Source of the DNA: Chloroflexia bacterium
GTDB taxonomy: Bacteria; Chloroflexota; Chloroflexia; QHBQ01; JAICKM01
Direction of reading: 5' to 3'
Assembly: GCA_050998805.1 (NCBI GenBank)
Contig: JBPCPV010000050.1
Span: 20,165-84,164, forward strand
Length of the DNA stretch: 64,000 nucleotides
Both the position numbers and the translations under genes were made by a program. Under the pieces are notes generated by a model. That model searched no databases. It was not told where the DNA came from and saw only the letters and a list, made by a program, of their open reading frames with translations. This document shows, in pieces, positions 9,535-18,608 of this stretch (position 1 is the first letter of the stretch; each line of letters begins with the position of its first letter).

Positions 9535-10140
9535 TTGACGCCCCTCGGGAAGGTGGCTGGAGGCAAGAAGAAGTGGTTGATCAATGTGGCGGTTTATACC
9601 ATTGCCGGTGGGATGGCCAGCACTCTTGTTGGAGCAGGATTGGGCTTACTAGGCCACTGGATCGTGCCCGCGCAAAGCACCAAGATGGGGACCGTGGTTG
9701 CCATCGCTGTTTCTACACTTGCTGCCACCCGCGAATTTGGCTGGATATCCCTGCCGCTACCTCAATGGGCTAGGCAAACCCAGCGCATATGGGGGATGCG
9801 CTTTCATCGGACACTAGCGGCAGCGTTATGGGGGTTTGACTTGGGACTGACCTTTACGACCCGGCTCACATTCTCAGGAGTCTGGTTCCTTGCTGCTATG
9901 GCGATTTTCTCTAAGGATCCAGCATACGGAGCGGCCTTATTCACTCTGTATTGGCTAGGGCGTGTTCTTTCGGTTTGGCTTGCCCCGCTGCTGATGTGGG
10001 ACGCAAATTCCACTCCGCAGTTATTAGACGCGATAAATGAACAGTATCAGTTGTTTCGACGGATTCATGCCTGGGCTCTGGTTTCGGCAGTTGCCATACT
10101 CTGCTTATGGCTTATTCATGGAACGCCGATGCTACGCTGA
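9535..10140 (+). CDS. polytopic membrane protein, unknown function (TTG start, or continuation of 9307..9513)
   Basis: About 6 hydrophobic helices; sits inside the operon. Confidence 0.4.
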   Translation: MTPLGKVAGGKKKWLINVAVYTIAGGMASTLVGAGLGLLGHWIVPAQSTKMGTVVAIAVSTLAATREFGWISLPLPQWARQTQRIWGMRFHRTLAAALWGFDLGLTFTTRLTFSGVWFLAAMAIFSKDPAYGAALFTLYWLGRVLSVWLAPLLMWDANSTPQLLDAINEQYQLFRRIHAWALVSAVAILCLWLIHGTPMLR

Positions 10141-10214
10141 GTGTCGTGCCACGGGCACAAGGGGGATACAGCAGTACGAGATGTCTATGGTAGTTAGATA
10201 GTAGGAGGTGTGGA

Positions 10215-10559
10215 ATGTCTACGGAGAAACTGGCTGAGAGGCTCGCGCAAGAGATCGACCGCAGAAGCTTCGTGAAGAGGCTGGGAGCAGGTGCTGTAGG
10301 TACACTGCTGGCGCTGATGGGTGTAACGCCAGCTGCGGCTGAACGCACAGTCCCTGCCTTCGTCTCGTGTTGCGATACATGCAACCCTCCCCAGGGTTCA
10401 TGCAGTGGCTGTTATTGCCAATGGTGCTGGCAGTGTTCTGACTGTGCAGTTGGTGGTACTTATCGGTGCTGCGAGTGCTACTCAAGAACTGAAAGTTGCA
10501 TCGGTGATTGTCCAGCTATCTGTTCATCGGTCAAGTTCATAAGCCCCGCTTGCCGCTGA
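10215..10559 (+). CDS. twin-arginine-signal precursor of a hyper-cysteine-rich small protein (16 Cys in a ~72-aa mature region)
   Basis: Strong AGGAGG RBS. RRSFVKR Tat motif, a hydrophobic h-region and an AAA cleavage site. Then CCDTC..CSGCYCQWCWQCSDC..CCEC..C..C..C..C. Confidence 0.6.
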   Translation: MSTEKLAERLAQEIDRRSFVKRLGAGAVGTLLALMGVTPAAAERTVPAFVSCCDTCNPPQGSCSGCYCQWCWQCSDCAVGGTYRCCECYSRTESCIGDCPAICSSVKFISPACR

Positions 10560-10617
10560 CCTCATAGGCAGTCGATGCTGGCTTCCGGGCTGGGGCCGGT
10601 GTCGAGTAGGAACGGAG

Positions 10618-11169
10618 GTGGATAAGCTGATGGGTATACAGATGCGGCTGCTCGCGTTATTGTCGGTCTTCACGATCCTGGTGGGCTGCGATAGCCCGCC
10701 GGTGCCCTCGCCCGTACCTTCGCCAGTGCCGCCCGCCCCGACGAACGTGCTGGCCGCCTGTCCAGTCACGATCCCCAACGGCAGCGTACCTCCGAACGTG
10801 CCGGGTGCCGATCCTATCAAGGTGCCATGCCCATCATGCCATGGTAATGGAACCTTATGGACCACCTTCCCACCTGACGGTCAGGTACAGGCAACACCAA
10901 ACAGCGCGGGTTCGTTAGAGACTAAGTTTCCATGGTGGAGCGGGCCAGGAATCAGCGATGCCCTTACCATACAGGGACGCAGGATCGACGCGCCAGCCCC
11001 TCCGTTGGCCGCGCGCATCCCCTCCGGGTATGAAGGTGGCGGCTTCCAAGCGACTGGGATCATATTTCCAACAGTGGGGTGCTGGGAAGTCACCGGGAAA
11101 GCGGGCACAGCCAGCTTGACTTTCGTGATCCGGGTGGTCGAGGGCGCGCCGGCCGGCGGTTTGCCTTAG
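10618..11169 (+). CDS. lipoprotein, Pro-rich linker, unknown function
   Basis: Signal peptide with an LVGC lipobox. PVPSPVPSPVPP linker. Confidence 0.5.
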   Translation: MDKLMGIQMRLLALLSVFTILVGCDSPPVPSPVPSPVPPAPTNVLAACPVTIPNGSVPPNVPGADPIKVPCPSCHGNGTLWTTFPPDGQVQATPNSAGSLETKFPWWSGPGISDALTIQGRRIDAPAPPLAARIPSGYEGGGFQATGIIFPTVGCWEVTGKAGTASLTFVIRVVEGAPAGGLP

Positions 11170-11209
11170 CGGTCTGGCTGTGCGAGGTGGATAAGCTCCA
11201 AGGAGTAGC

Positions 11210-14071
11210 ATGTCGCGCCTCACCAGGCGGGAACTCATCTGCGCGGTTCTGGTCTGCGGCCTCGCCGCGACGCTCTTCCTCGGTCGCGCGATCGGCACCG
11301 GCCGCGTGCTCTCCCCGTCCGATTTTCTCTACGTCTACCCTCCCTGGCAGAGCGTGCGGCCTGCCGGCTGGCCCGGCCCCGAGAATAGCTTGTTGAGCGA
11401 CAGCACGCTACAGTTTGAGCCCTGGCTGGCCTTTGCCGCCGCGCGTCTGCACTCCGGATCCCTACCGCTCTGGAACCCCGACAACATGCTCGGTGCCCCA
11501 CTGCTCGGCAACATGCAGTCGGCGATCTTTTCGCCCCTCAACTGGCCCTACTTCATCTGGCCCGCGCCCGAGACGCTCGTGGTACGGGTCTGGCTGCATC
11601 TCGTACTCGGCGCGATAGGGGCGTACGTGCTCGCCCGACAAGTCGCGCGCGTCGGCCCGCTGCCTGCGGCAGTCGCCTCGCTCACCTTCGCCTACGGTGC
11701 TTTCATGGTCGTCTGGGCGCTCCACCCCCATACGGCTGCCGTCATCTGGCTGCCCTGGATCTGGTGGGCGACGGCCCGCCTGATGATCGCCCCCGGCCCC
11801 CGCGCGGTCGCCGTCCTCGGCGGATTCGTTGCCCTCCTCGTGCTCGCGGGTCATCCGGAAACCGCTTTCCATACGATGCTCGCCACCGGATTTTTCGCCC
11901 TCTTCCTGGTCGGGCTACGCCGGCCCTGGCGTCCGCCCGCCGCCGTGCGCGACCTCGCGCTCTGGGGGATCGCGGGTCTCGTCGGAGGCGCTGTCGCTTC
12001 CATGCAGATTCTGCCGTTCTTGGAGTACACGGGGCTGAGCTGGTTCGCCCTCGTGCGTTCCAGCTTGCATATTACCGAGCCGCTCGTCCCGGTCCAGTAC
12101 GCCTGGACCCTCTTCAGCCCCGATTGGTTCGGCGATCCGGTTCGTGGCACATATTGGGCGACGCAGATCAACTACAACGAGTCGAACAATTATGCAGGTC
12201 TCGTCCCCCTGCTGCTGGCCCCGCTGGCCTTCGCCGGACGCGACCGGGCACAGCGCGCCCTTGCCCTGTTCTTGCTCGGCCTCGGCGCGCTGGCGCTCCT
12301 AATCGTCTACCAGGCACCCATCGTACAGAGCATTATCCAGATGGTGCCCGTGCTGAACGTCAGCCAGAACCAGCGCCTGACATTCGTGGCCGAACTTGTG
12401 CTTGGCTTGCTGGGGGCGCTGGGGCTGGAGACCTTGCTACGGGCAGGCGCGAGCGGCAGCCGACGCCTGCGCGTCGCGCTTGCCTGTAGCTGTGCCGGGC
12501 TGCTGGTCATCGGCGTCGGCGTGCCCTGGCTGGCCGCGACGACCTTCTTCGGCGTGCCCGTCACGGCTCCGGCCGTACAGGCGCTCTGGCAGCAAAACTT
12601 GTGGCGGACGGGAGGGCTGATCCTGGCCGGCACAGCGATCATCGCCGGGGTCTGGCACTGGGGCGGGCAGAGGGCCGCCGCCGGCTTCGCGCTGCTGATT
12701 CTCCTCCTGGCGGGCGATCTTTGGCAGGCCCACGGCGACTACCTGCCGACCACGGCCCGTCAGGATTACTTTCCGCCGACCCCGACGACGACCTTCTTGC
12801 AGGCCCAGCCCGGTCTCTTCCGCACGGTGGGTGTCGGCTGGGCGCTCCTGCCGCATACGAACCTACTCTACGGGCTGGCCTCGCTGGCTGGCTACGACAG
12901 CCTCGAGCCGCGCCTCTTTCGCGACCTGGCCGCCGAGCTAGACCCGACGCGCGGGATGTGGGCGGGCGTCCGGCCTTTCCACCAGGTGCAGTCGCCGCTT
13001 CTAAACCTGCTCAACGTGCGCTACGTACTCGAATCTGGCACCGACGACCCGAACAACATCGTAGACGTGAACCCTGGGGTTGACCCCATAACCACCACGG
13101 CCGAGATCCGCGGCCCGGTACAGGCCGGGCAGACCTTCACCGCCACGCTCGACTACCTCACCGCGATCACCGTTCACGGCACGACTTTCGGCCACACGCC
13201 GGCCGGCACGCTCGTCTTCCACCTCCAGACCGCGCCGGGTACCGCCGACCTGGTGACCCAGGCGCTGCCGGCCGCCACGCTGGTGGACAATGGGGATTGG
13301 ACTGTGAGGTTCCCGCCGCTCTCCGGCAGCCGGGGCCGCGCCTTCTACTTCTATTTCGCCGCGCCGGATGCTCCGGCCGGGCACGCGGTTGGGCTTTGGT
13401 ACAACCCCCATGATTCCTACGCGGCGGGCGCGCGGATGGACGGCGGACGGCCGGCGAGAGGGGACCTGGTCTTCCAGACGACGGCCTATTCCGACCCGGC
13501 GGCTCCCTGGTTCGCCCGCGTGCTCGACGGCGGGCCGGCGGGCACAGCCGTCTGGGAGAACCGCCGGGTGCTGCCGCGCGCATGGTTGGCGCACCGCGTC
13601 GAGGTCGGGGCGAACCCGAAAGCGGGACGCATACGCCTGGCCGACCCCGGGTTCGATCTCCGCGGCACGGCGATGCTGGAGGCCGCTCTCCCGGTCGATC
13701 TGCCCGCGCCCGAGCCACCCGGCACCCCCGACCGCGTGGAGATGCTCAGCTACGCCCCCGAAGCCGTAGACATCGGCACGCAGAGCGAGACGCCCGGGCT
13801 ACTTGTGCTCAGCGACGAGTGGTTTCCCGGCTGGGAGGCCACCGTTGACGGCCAACCCGCGCCGATCAGGCGGGCGGACTATGGGCTGCGGAGCGTCTAC
13901 GTGCCCGCGGGCGCGCACCAGATCGCCTTTCGCTACCGGCCCAGCTCCTTCACCCTCGGAGCTGGAATCAGCGCGCTGGCCCTGCTCATCCTGGCCGGAC
14001 TATGGTGGAGTCCACCCCTGATTCATCGCTTCCGGAGATCGGCTGGTATAGTACTCGGTGCTGAGGGCTAG
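11210..14071 (+). CDS. YfhO-family polytopic membrane protein (glycosyl-transfer to cell-envelope polymers)
   Basis: N-terminal region with the WNPDNMLGAPL motif. About 65% identical over the N-terminal domain to the paralog at 39587..42472. Confidence 0.7.
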   Translation: MSRLTRRELICAVLVCGLAATLFLGRAIGTGRVLSPSDFLYVYPPWQSVRPAGWPGPENSLLSDSTLQFEPWLAFAAARLHSGSLPLWNPDNMLGAPLLGNMQSAIFSPLNWPYFIWPAPETLVVRVWLHLVLGAIGAYVLARQVARVGPLPAAVASLTFAYGAFMVVWALHPHTAAVIWLPWIWWATARLMIAPGPRAVAVLGGFVALLVLAGHPETAFHTMLATGFFALFLVGLRRPWRPPAAVRDLALWGIAGLVGGAVASMQILPFLEYTGLSWFALVRSSLHITEPLVPVQYAWTLFSPDWFGDPVRGTYWATQINYNESNNYAGLVPLLLAPLAFAGRDRAQRALALFLLGLGALALLIVYQAPIVQSIIQMVPVLNVSQNQRLTFVAELVLGLLGALGLETLLRAGASGSRRLRVALACSCAGLLVIGVGVPWLAATTFFGVPVTAPAVQALWQQNLWRTGGLILAGTAIIAGVWHWGGQRAAAGFALLILLLAGDLWQAHGDYLPTTARQDYFPPTPTTTFLQAQPGLFRTVGVGWALLPHTNLLYGLASLAGYDSLEPRLFRDLAAELDPTRGMWAGVRPFHQVQSPLLNLLNVRYVLESGTDDPNNIVDVNPGVDPITTTAEIRGPVQAGQTFTATLDYLTAITVHGTTFGHTPAGTLVFHLQTAPGTADLVTQALPAATLVDNGDWTVRFPPLSGSRGRAFYFYFAAPDAPAGHAVGLWYNPHDSYAAGARMDGGRPARGDLVFQTTAYSDPAAPWFARVLDGGPAGTAVWENRRVLPRAWLAHRVEVGANPKAGRIRLADPGFDLRGTAMLEAALPVDLPAPEPPGTPDRVEMLSYAPEAVDIGTQSETPGLLVLSDEWFPGWEATVDGQPAPIRRADYGLRSVYVPAGAHQIAFRYRPSSFTLGAGISALALLILAGLWWSPPLIHRFRRSAGIVLGAEG

Positions 14072-14073
14072 CG

Positions 14074-14250
14074 ATGAGCAAATACTACTGGCAAGGGGAG
14101 CGCGTTCGGCTACGGGCGGTCGAGCCGGAGGATTGGGAGAGGCTATCCGCCTTGTGCTACGCTATTTCTTCTAGGAACTCCGCTACCAGAAAGCGACGGT
14201 CCATGTCTATGACTTCAACGAGGCTTCGATCCGGTATGTACGGCAAGCAG
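14074..14250 (+). pseudogene. possible N-terminal remnant of a GNAT acetyltransferase
   Basis: YYWQGERVRLRAVEPEDWERL resembles a RimJ/L-type N-terminus, but the ORF degenerates after ~35 aa. Confidence 0.25.
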
Positions 14251-14532
14251 TGGGTCGAACAGGTGGGCGAGCCGGATGCGGTAAGCCTCAGAGACCAGCC
14301 GAAAGTGGCCGCCGTCGGCGTCGAAGGCCCAGGGCAGCCCGGCGGTCGCTATGGTCAAGCCTGGCTCACGGTCGCGGTAGATCAGCTCACTGCCGAGCCG
14401 CCCACCGGCGTCCTTGTAAGTCAGGTCGACGACGGCCGAGCCGTACCATTTCGCGTCAACAACCGTGACTAAGCCATCGGGCAGTATCCCGGCGATCTGC
14501 GTGCCCGGGACGAGGTCTTCGAGTTGAGCCAT
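14215..14532 (-). CDS. hypothetical protein, possibly a fragment
   Basis: ORF track only. Confidence 0.25.
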   Translation of the reverse strand: MAQLEDLVPGTQIAGILPDGLVTVVDAKWYGSAVVDLTYKDAGGRLGSELIYRDREPGLTIATAGLPWAFDADGGHFRLVSEAYRIRLAHLFDPLLAVHTGSKPR

Positions 14533-14890
14533 ATCGTAGGTCTCCGGAGTCTTGCGCTTTCTTCAGGCTCTAGCACTCTTTGCGGAGCCGCACGAAGTAT
14601 ACCACGGCAGAGGCCGCCTGTCCAGCAGGCCATGCCCGGCTAACGCCACCGCTTCCATTCAAATCTGGATATGGAACTTGTTTCCGAACCCCTTGATTTG
14701 CACGTATGAATTGGCTATAATGTGAAGCAGGCGGCTAACCATCGGCTTCAACACCTACCCGAATACAGGAGCCTGAGCTGTAGCAAGCGGATGACAGTGG
14801 TGCTTGATGGCGGGCGGTCGTCGCGGCAATTCGGCGGAAAGTCCACGAATTGGCTGGACGGGTGCAACAGTTGGAGGGGAGGGCGCAACA

Positions 14891-16090
14891 ATGACCAAGA
14901 CTGAGCACGATGAAGGATCCTCGTCGGGCACGGGCGGAAATGTAACAAGGGGCAGGCGTGGAAACAATGAAGGGGCGATCTACAAGCGCAAAAGCGACGG
15001 TAAGTGGTTTTCCTCAATCAGTCTTGGCTACGGACCGGACGGCAAGCGCACGCGCAAAGCATTCTCTGGTGAGACGCGCAAAGAGGTTTCCGAAAAGCTG
15101 AAAGTAGCCCTACGTGATCAACAGCAGGGACTGCCCGTTGCAATGGAGCGGCAGACGATCAACCAATTCCTCACCCGGTGGCTGGAAGATTCGGCAAAGC
15201 AGAGGGTGCGCGCTTCCACATATGAAAGCTACGAGATCCAGGTCCGGGTACATATTGTGCCTGCCCTCGGTCGGGTGCAACTGGCCGCCCTAACCCCCCA
15301 ACAAGTAGCGGCATGGCTGAAACAAAAGCGGGAGTCCGGGCTGTCGAGCCGGTCGGTGCAATACATGCATGCCGTCTTACGCATGGCACTGGGTCAGGCT
15401 CTAAAATGGGGCCTCGTGGCGCGCAACGTTGCTACGCTCGTGGAGCCGCCCCGCGTCAAGCGGGCGGAGATCAGGCCCTGGACCGTTGCTCAGGCGAAGA
15501 CGTTCTTGGAAGCCGTCAAGGGGGATAGGCTTGAGGCCCTGTACTCGGTGGCCCTTGCGCTCGGTTTGCGCCGAGGCGAAGCTCTGGCACTACGCTGGGA
15601 AGACGTGGATTTGGATAAGCGCACTTTGACTGTCCGGGCAAGTTTGCAGCGGGTCGAGCACAAATTACAGCGCGGAGAACCCAAGACCGAAAGAAGTATG
15701 CGAACGCTCAAGTTGCCGTCCGTAACTGTGGCCGCGCTGAAAGCCCATCGTGTCCGCCAGCTTGAGTCGCGCTTGCTGGCGGGCGACAGGTGGCAAGACA
15801 CCGGGTACGTCTTTACATCAACTATCGGCACGCCTCTCGAGCCGCGAAATGTCCTTCGTACCTTCCAAAAGGCCGTGGAAGATGCCGGCTTTCCGCCGAC
15901 GAAGTTCCACAATTTGCGGCATTCCTGTATCTCCCTGCTTGTCGCGCAAGGTGTGCCCCTCCAGACCGTTTCTTGGCTGGCAGGGCACAGCCGGCTAGCG
16001 ACTACCGCCGACATCTACACCCACATCATGCAAGCGCAGTTCGACGACGCGGCGGACCGCATGGATGACCTGTTGAACGGGGCGGGCTAG
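14891..16090 (+). CDS. tyrosine-type site-specific recombinase/integrase (phage integrase family)
   Basis: Catalytic R (LRRGEALALRWEDVD), HNLRHSC (HxxR) and the C-terminal ADIYTHI tyrosine. GGAGGGGAGG RBS before ATG 14891. Confidence 0.8.
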   Translation: MTKTEHDEGSSSGTGGNVTRGRRGNNEGAIYKRKSDGKWFSSISLGYGPDGKRTRKAFSGETRKEVSEKLKVALRDQQQGLPVAMERQTINQFLTRWLEDSAKQRVRASTYESYEIQVRVHIVPALGRVQLAALTPQQVAAWLKQKRESGLSSRSVQYMHAVLRMALGQALKWGLVARNVATLVEPPRVKRAEIRPWTVAQAKTFLEAVKGDRLEALYSVALALGLRRGEALALRWEDVDLDKRTLTVRASLQRVEHKLQRGEPKTERSMRTLKLPSVTVAALKAHRVRQLESRLLAGDRWQDTGYVFTSTIGTPLEPRNVLRTFQKAVEDAGFPPTKFHNLRHSCISLLVAQGVPLQTVSWLAGHSRLATTADIYTHIMQAQFDDAADRMDDLLNGAG

Positions 16091-16211
16091 TCGATTCGTC
16101 TGGCTGGCTGGGGCCGCGCGCCGAGTGACCCCTGTGTATACGCGGGTGTATCTCGCCTTGCCTCGGAGCCGGGATCTGCCGTTTTGAAGGCGCGCCGACC
16201 AGTAGGGGGCC

Positions 16212-17513
16212 TCAGTAGCCAGTTCCCCCCGCTCCTGCTCGCACCTGATCAATGTAGATCCAGGCACCGTTCTCGACCTTGTAGATCGAGATCCAGCGGT
16301 TGGTCGTGTCGCCGTTCGCGTCGAAGCCAGTTGTGCCGAGCGCACCCTTGAAGTCCTTTGTCGCGGCGATGGCGGCGCGGATCGCTTCGCGGTTCCTCTT
16401 GCCGGCGGTCTTCATCGCGGCGATGATGATGTTGGTGGCATCGTAGGCATACGCCGAGTACGCCTGGGGCACTCCGCCCCACCTATCGTTCCCGAACGCC
16501 GCCATATACGCGGCGGTGAACGCCTTCGCCTCCGGCAGCACGTTCGAGTTGACCTTTGCCACCGCGCTGTAGTCGCCTTCTGAGTCGGGACTTGCGGCCC
16601 GCGCGTAGTTGGACGAAAATATGCCGTCGCCGCCCATCAGCGGGATGGTCAGGCCAGCGGGCTTCATCGCCTTGCGGGCCGCCGAGATGCCGTGCGACTC
16701 GGTGCCGCCGTAGTAGAGGATGTCGGGGCCGGTCGATGCGACCTTGTTCATGATCGGGCTGAAGTCGGCCGTGCCCATCGGCACCGAGTCGTGGCCGAGG
16801 ACGGTGCCTCCGGTGGCCTTAAACTCCTGCTCGAACTCGCTCGCGACGATCTTGCCGTATGCTCCGGTGTCGTCGAGGATGTAGGCTTTGCGCTTGCCGA
16901 GCTTGTCGTAGGCGTAGTCAGCGCCGGCGGAGCCTTCGATGTTATCGGTGGGGCAGACGCGGAAGTAGGTCACTTCACCCGTTGGGCGGTAGGCTGAAAG
17001 CACGGAGTTGTACCGAGCGAGAGTCAGGTCGGCGGCTGTGGTGCCTGGGGAGATGCCGGCTAAGCCGGCGGTGTTCAGCTTCGGCATCATCAGGCGCGCA
17101 ACGTTGCTGTTGAGGGGGCCGACCATCGCCATCACGTCAGGGTCGGCGATGAAGGTGTCGGCGTTCTTGGAGCCTTGTACCGGCTCGTGAACCTGCCCGC
17201 CGGGTGGCACATCGTCGAGGAAGTACATCTGGATCGTGTAGTGCTTGCCGTCGAGGGTGACTCCGCCCGCAGCGTTCGCCTGGTCAATCGCGAGTTGGAT
17301 GCCCTGGCGGGCGGGGATACTGTACTCCGTCTCAGCGCCGCCGCCCGGCAGGTCTACCGCAATCTTGACGATGCCACTCCGGAAGCGACCACTCAACATC
17401 ATTGGGATGGCGACCAGCAGAAGGAGTGTGATCGCTACCAGAGCGGCGACCCAAGCGACCCACGTCGCGCGGGCGGGCGCTGTCTGGAGCTGCGGACGGG
17501 CGTCATCGTTCAT
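16212..17513 (-). CDS. ABC transporter substrate-binding protein, branched-chain amino acid (LivJ/K) type, TM/signal-anchored
   Basis: Signal anchor, then a periplasmic-binding-protein type I pattern. Confidence 0.7.
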   Translation of the reverse strand: MNDDARPQLQTAPARATWVAWVAALVAITLLLLVAIPMMLSGRFRSGIVKIAVDLPGGGAETEYSIPARQGIQLAIDQANAAGGVTLDGKHYTIQMYFLDDVPPGGQVHEPVQGSKNADTFIADPDVMAMVGPLNSNVARLMMPKLNTAGLAGISPGTTAADLTLARYNSVLSAYRPTGEVTYFRVCPTDNIEGSAGADYAYDKLGKRKAYILDDTGAYGKIVASEFEQEFKATGGTVLGHDSVPMGTADFSPIMNKVASTGPDILYYGGTESHGISAARKAMKPAGLTIPLMGGDGIFSSNYARAASPDSEGDYSAVAKVNSNVLPEAKAFTAAYMAAFGNDRWGGVPQAYSAYAYDATNIIIAAMKTAGKRNREAIRAAIAATKDFKGALGTTGFDANGDTTNRWISIYKVENGAWIYIDQVRAGAGGTGY

Positions 17514-18316
17514 TTGTCATGCTCACTCTCTGGCTTTCCCACGGGGCAACGCGCCTGCACCGCTCAAGGTTGGCCGTCATCTGTTTCACCTCCTTCTCCG
17601 ATCCGACATTATATCACACCGTAGGAAGGTTTCGCCCAGACAAGCGTCGGAGTAAGAGTTCACACCCCGGCTGGAGATAGCTGAGGGGATTGTGGAGTTG
17701 CCCCTTTCTCGAGCAGCTTGTGTAGCTCGGTAAACGGGTTCTGCCCCCGTGCTAGCCAGGTGTTCACCAGGCTACCTAATGTCATGTGCGTTGGTAGTGT
17801 AGGAGAAGGGGGCGCCGGGCTTAGAGGTTGTGAGTTGGCGAGAGCTGGGGCACGGGCTTGAAGACAGCGACCGTTGAGGTTACCGGCTTGGTCACCGTTC
17901 GGGTCACAGCGCATTGACCGCGTTTCACAGCGTTGCACAGACAGTGCAGGCTACCCCTATATGTTGCCAGCCGGTGCCGGACGGCATGTTCCGCCGCCGG
18001 CGGGGGAAGATCTGTGCCTGCCGTGTGTCAAAAGAGCGAGCATTTATCCAGCGACTATCTCTTTTTCCAGACGTGGGCGAGAATGTGGAAGTGGTCTGTT
18101 TTATTGAGTGAAGTGTGGCGTTTTTAAGATGTGTCTTAGGCATTGCGAAGTGGGTACAGCCATAGGAGTTGCTGAGCAGGTCAGTGGGCGGAGGTAGCCG
18201 CGCTGAGCGTGTAACTTCGTAGCCGAGGGCCTGCGTATCCTCGCCGACGGACTACCGGAGAGGACCTGTGGACTCCGCTAGCCGGCAGGCACCGACGTTC
18301 GCAGCGAAATGTAGTA

Positions 18317-18507
18317 TCCCAAAGATAGTGAGACAGAATCGGCCTTTCTGAGCGGAGAGTACCAGAGATAGTGATAGGTCATACCGAAGATATTGATACA
18401 AGGCTACATTTGTCCCAGAGTTCGTGAATTGATCCCACTTGTGTCGCTGGGTGAGTTCCAGAGTTCGTGATACACGCCTACTCCAATCCTTATCCCAGAG
18501 ATGTTGC
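18317..18507. repeat. array of five degenerate ~15-bp direct repeats (TCCCARAG[A/T]T[A/C]GTGA) spaced 37-53 bp apart
   Basis: Copies at 18317, 18360, 18413, 18456 and 18493 in a lower-GC non-coding gap. Confidence 0.5.
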
Positions 18508-18608
18508 AATCAGCCTACGTGAGCGATGGCCTCGTGACCGGGTTCCCGATCCAGGTCGCGGTTTGGTCCCCATGCCTTCCAGCCCTCGAACAAGTACAGA
18601 GCTGCCAA

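Noticed and set aside
16249-17190. Several + strand ORFs opposite the substrate-binding-protein gene
   Set aside because: They are antisense to a gene with a clear periplasmic-binding-protein pattern.
18290-18510. Possible CRISPR array
   Set aside because: The repeats are only about 15 bp, degenerate, and irregularly spaced at 37-53 bp. No cas genes are in the window. I kept it as a regulatory or repeat array instead.
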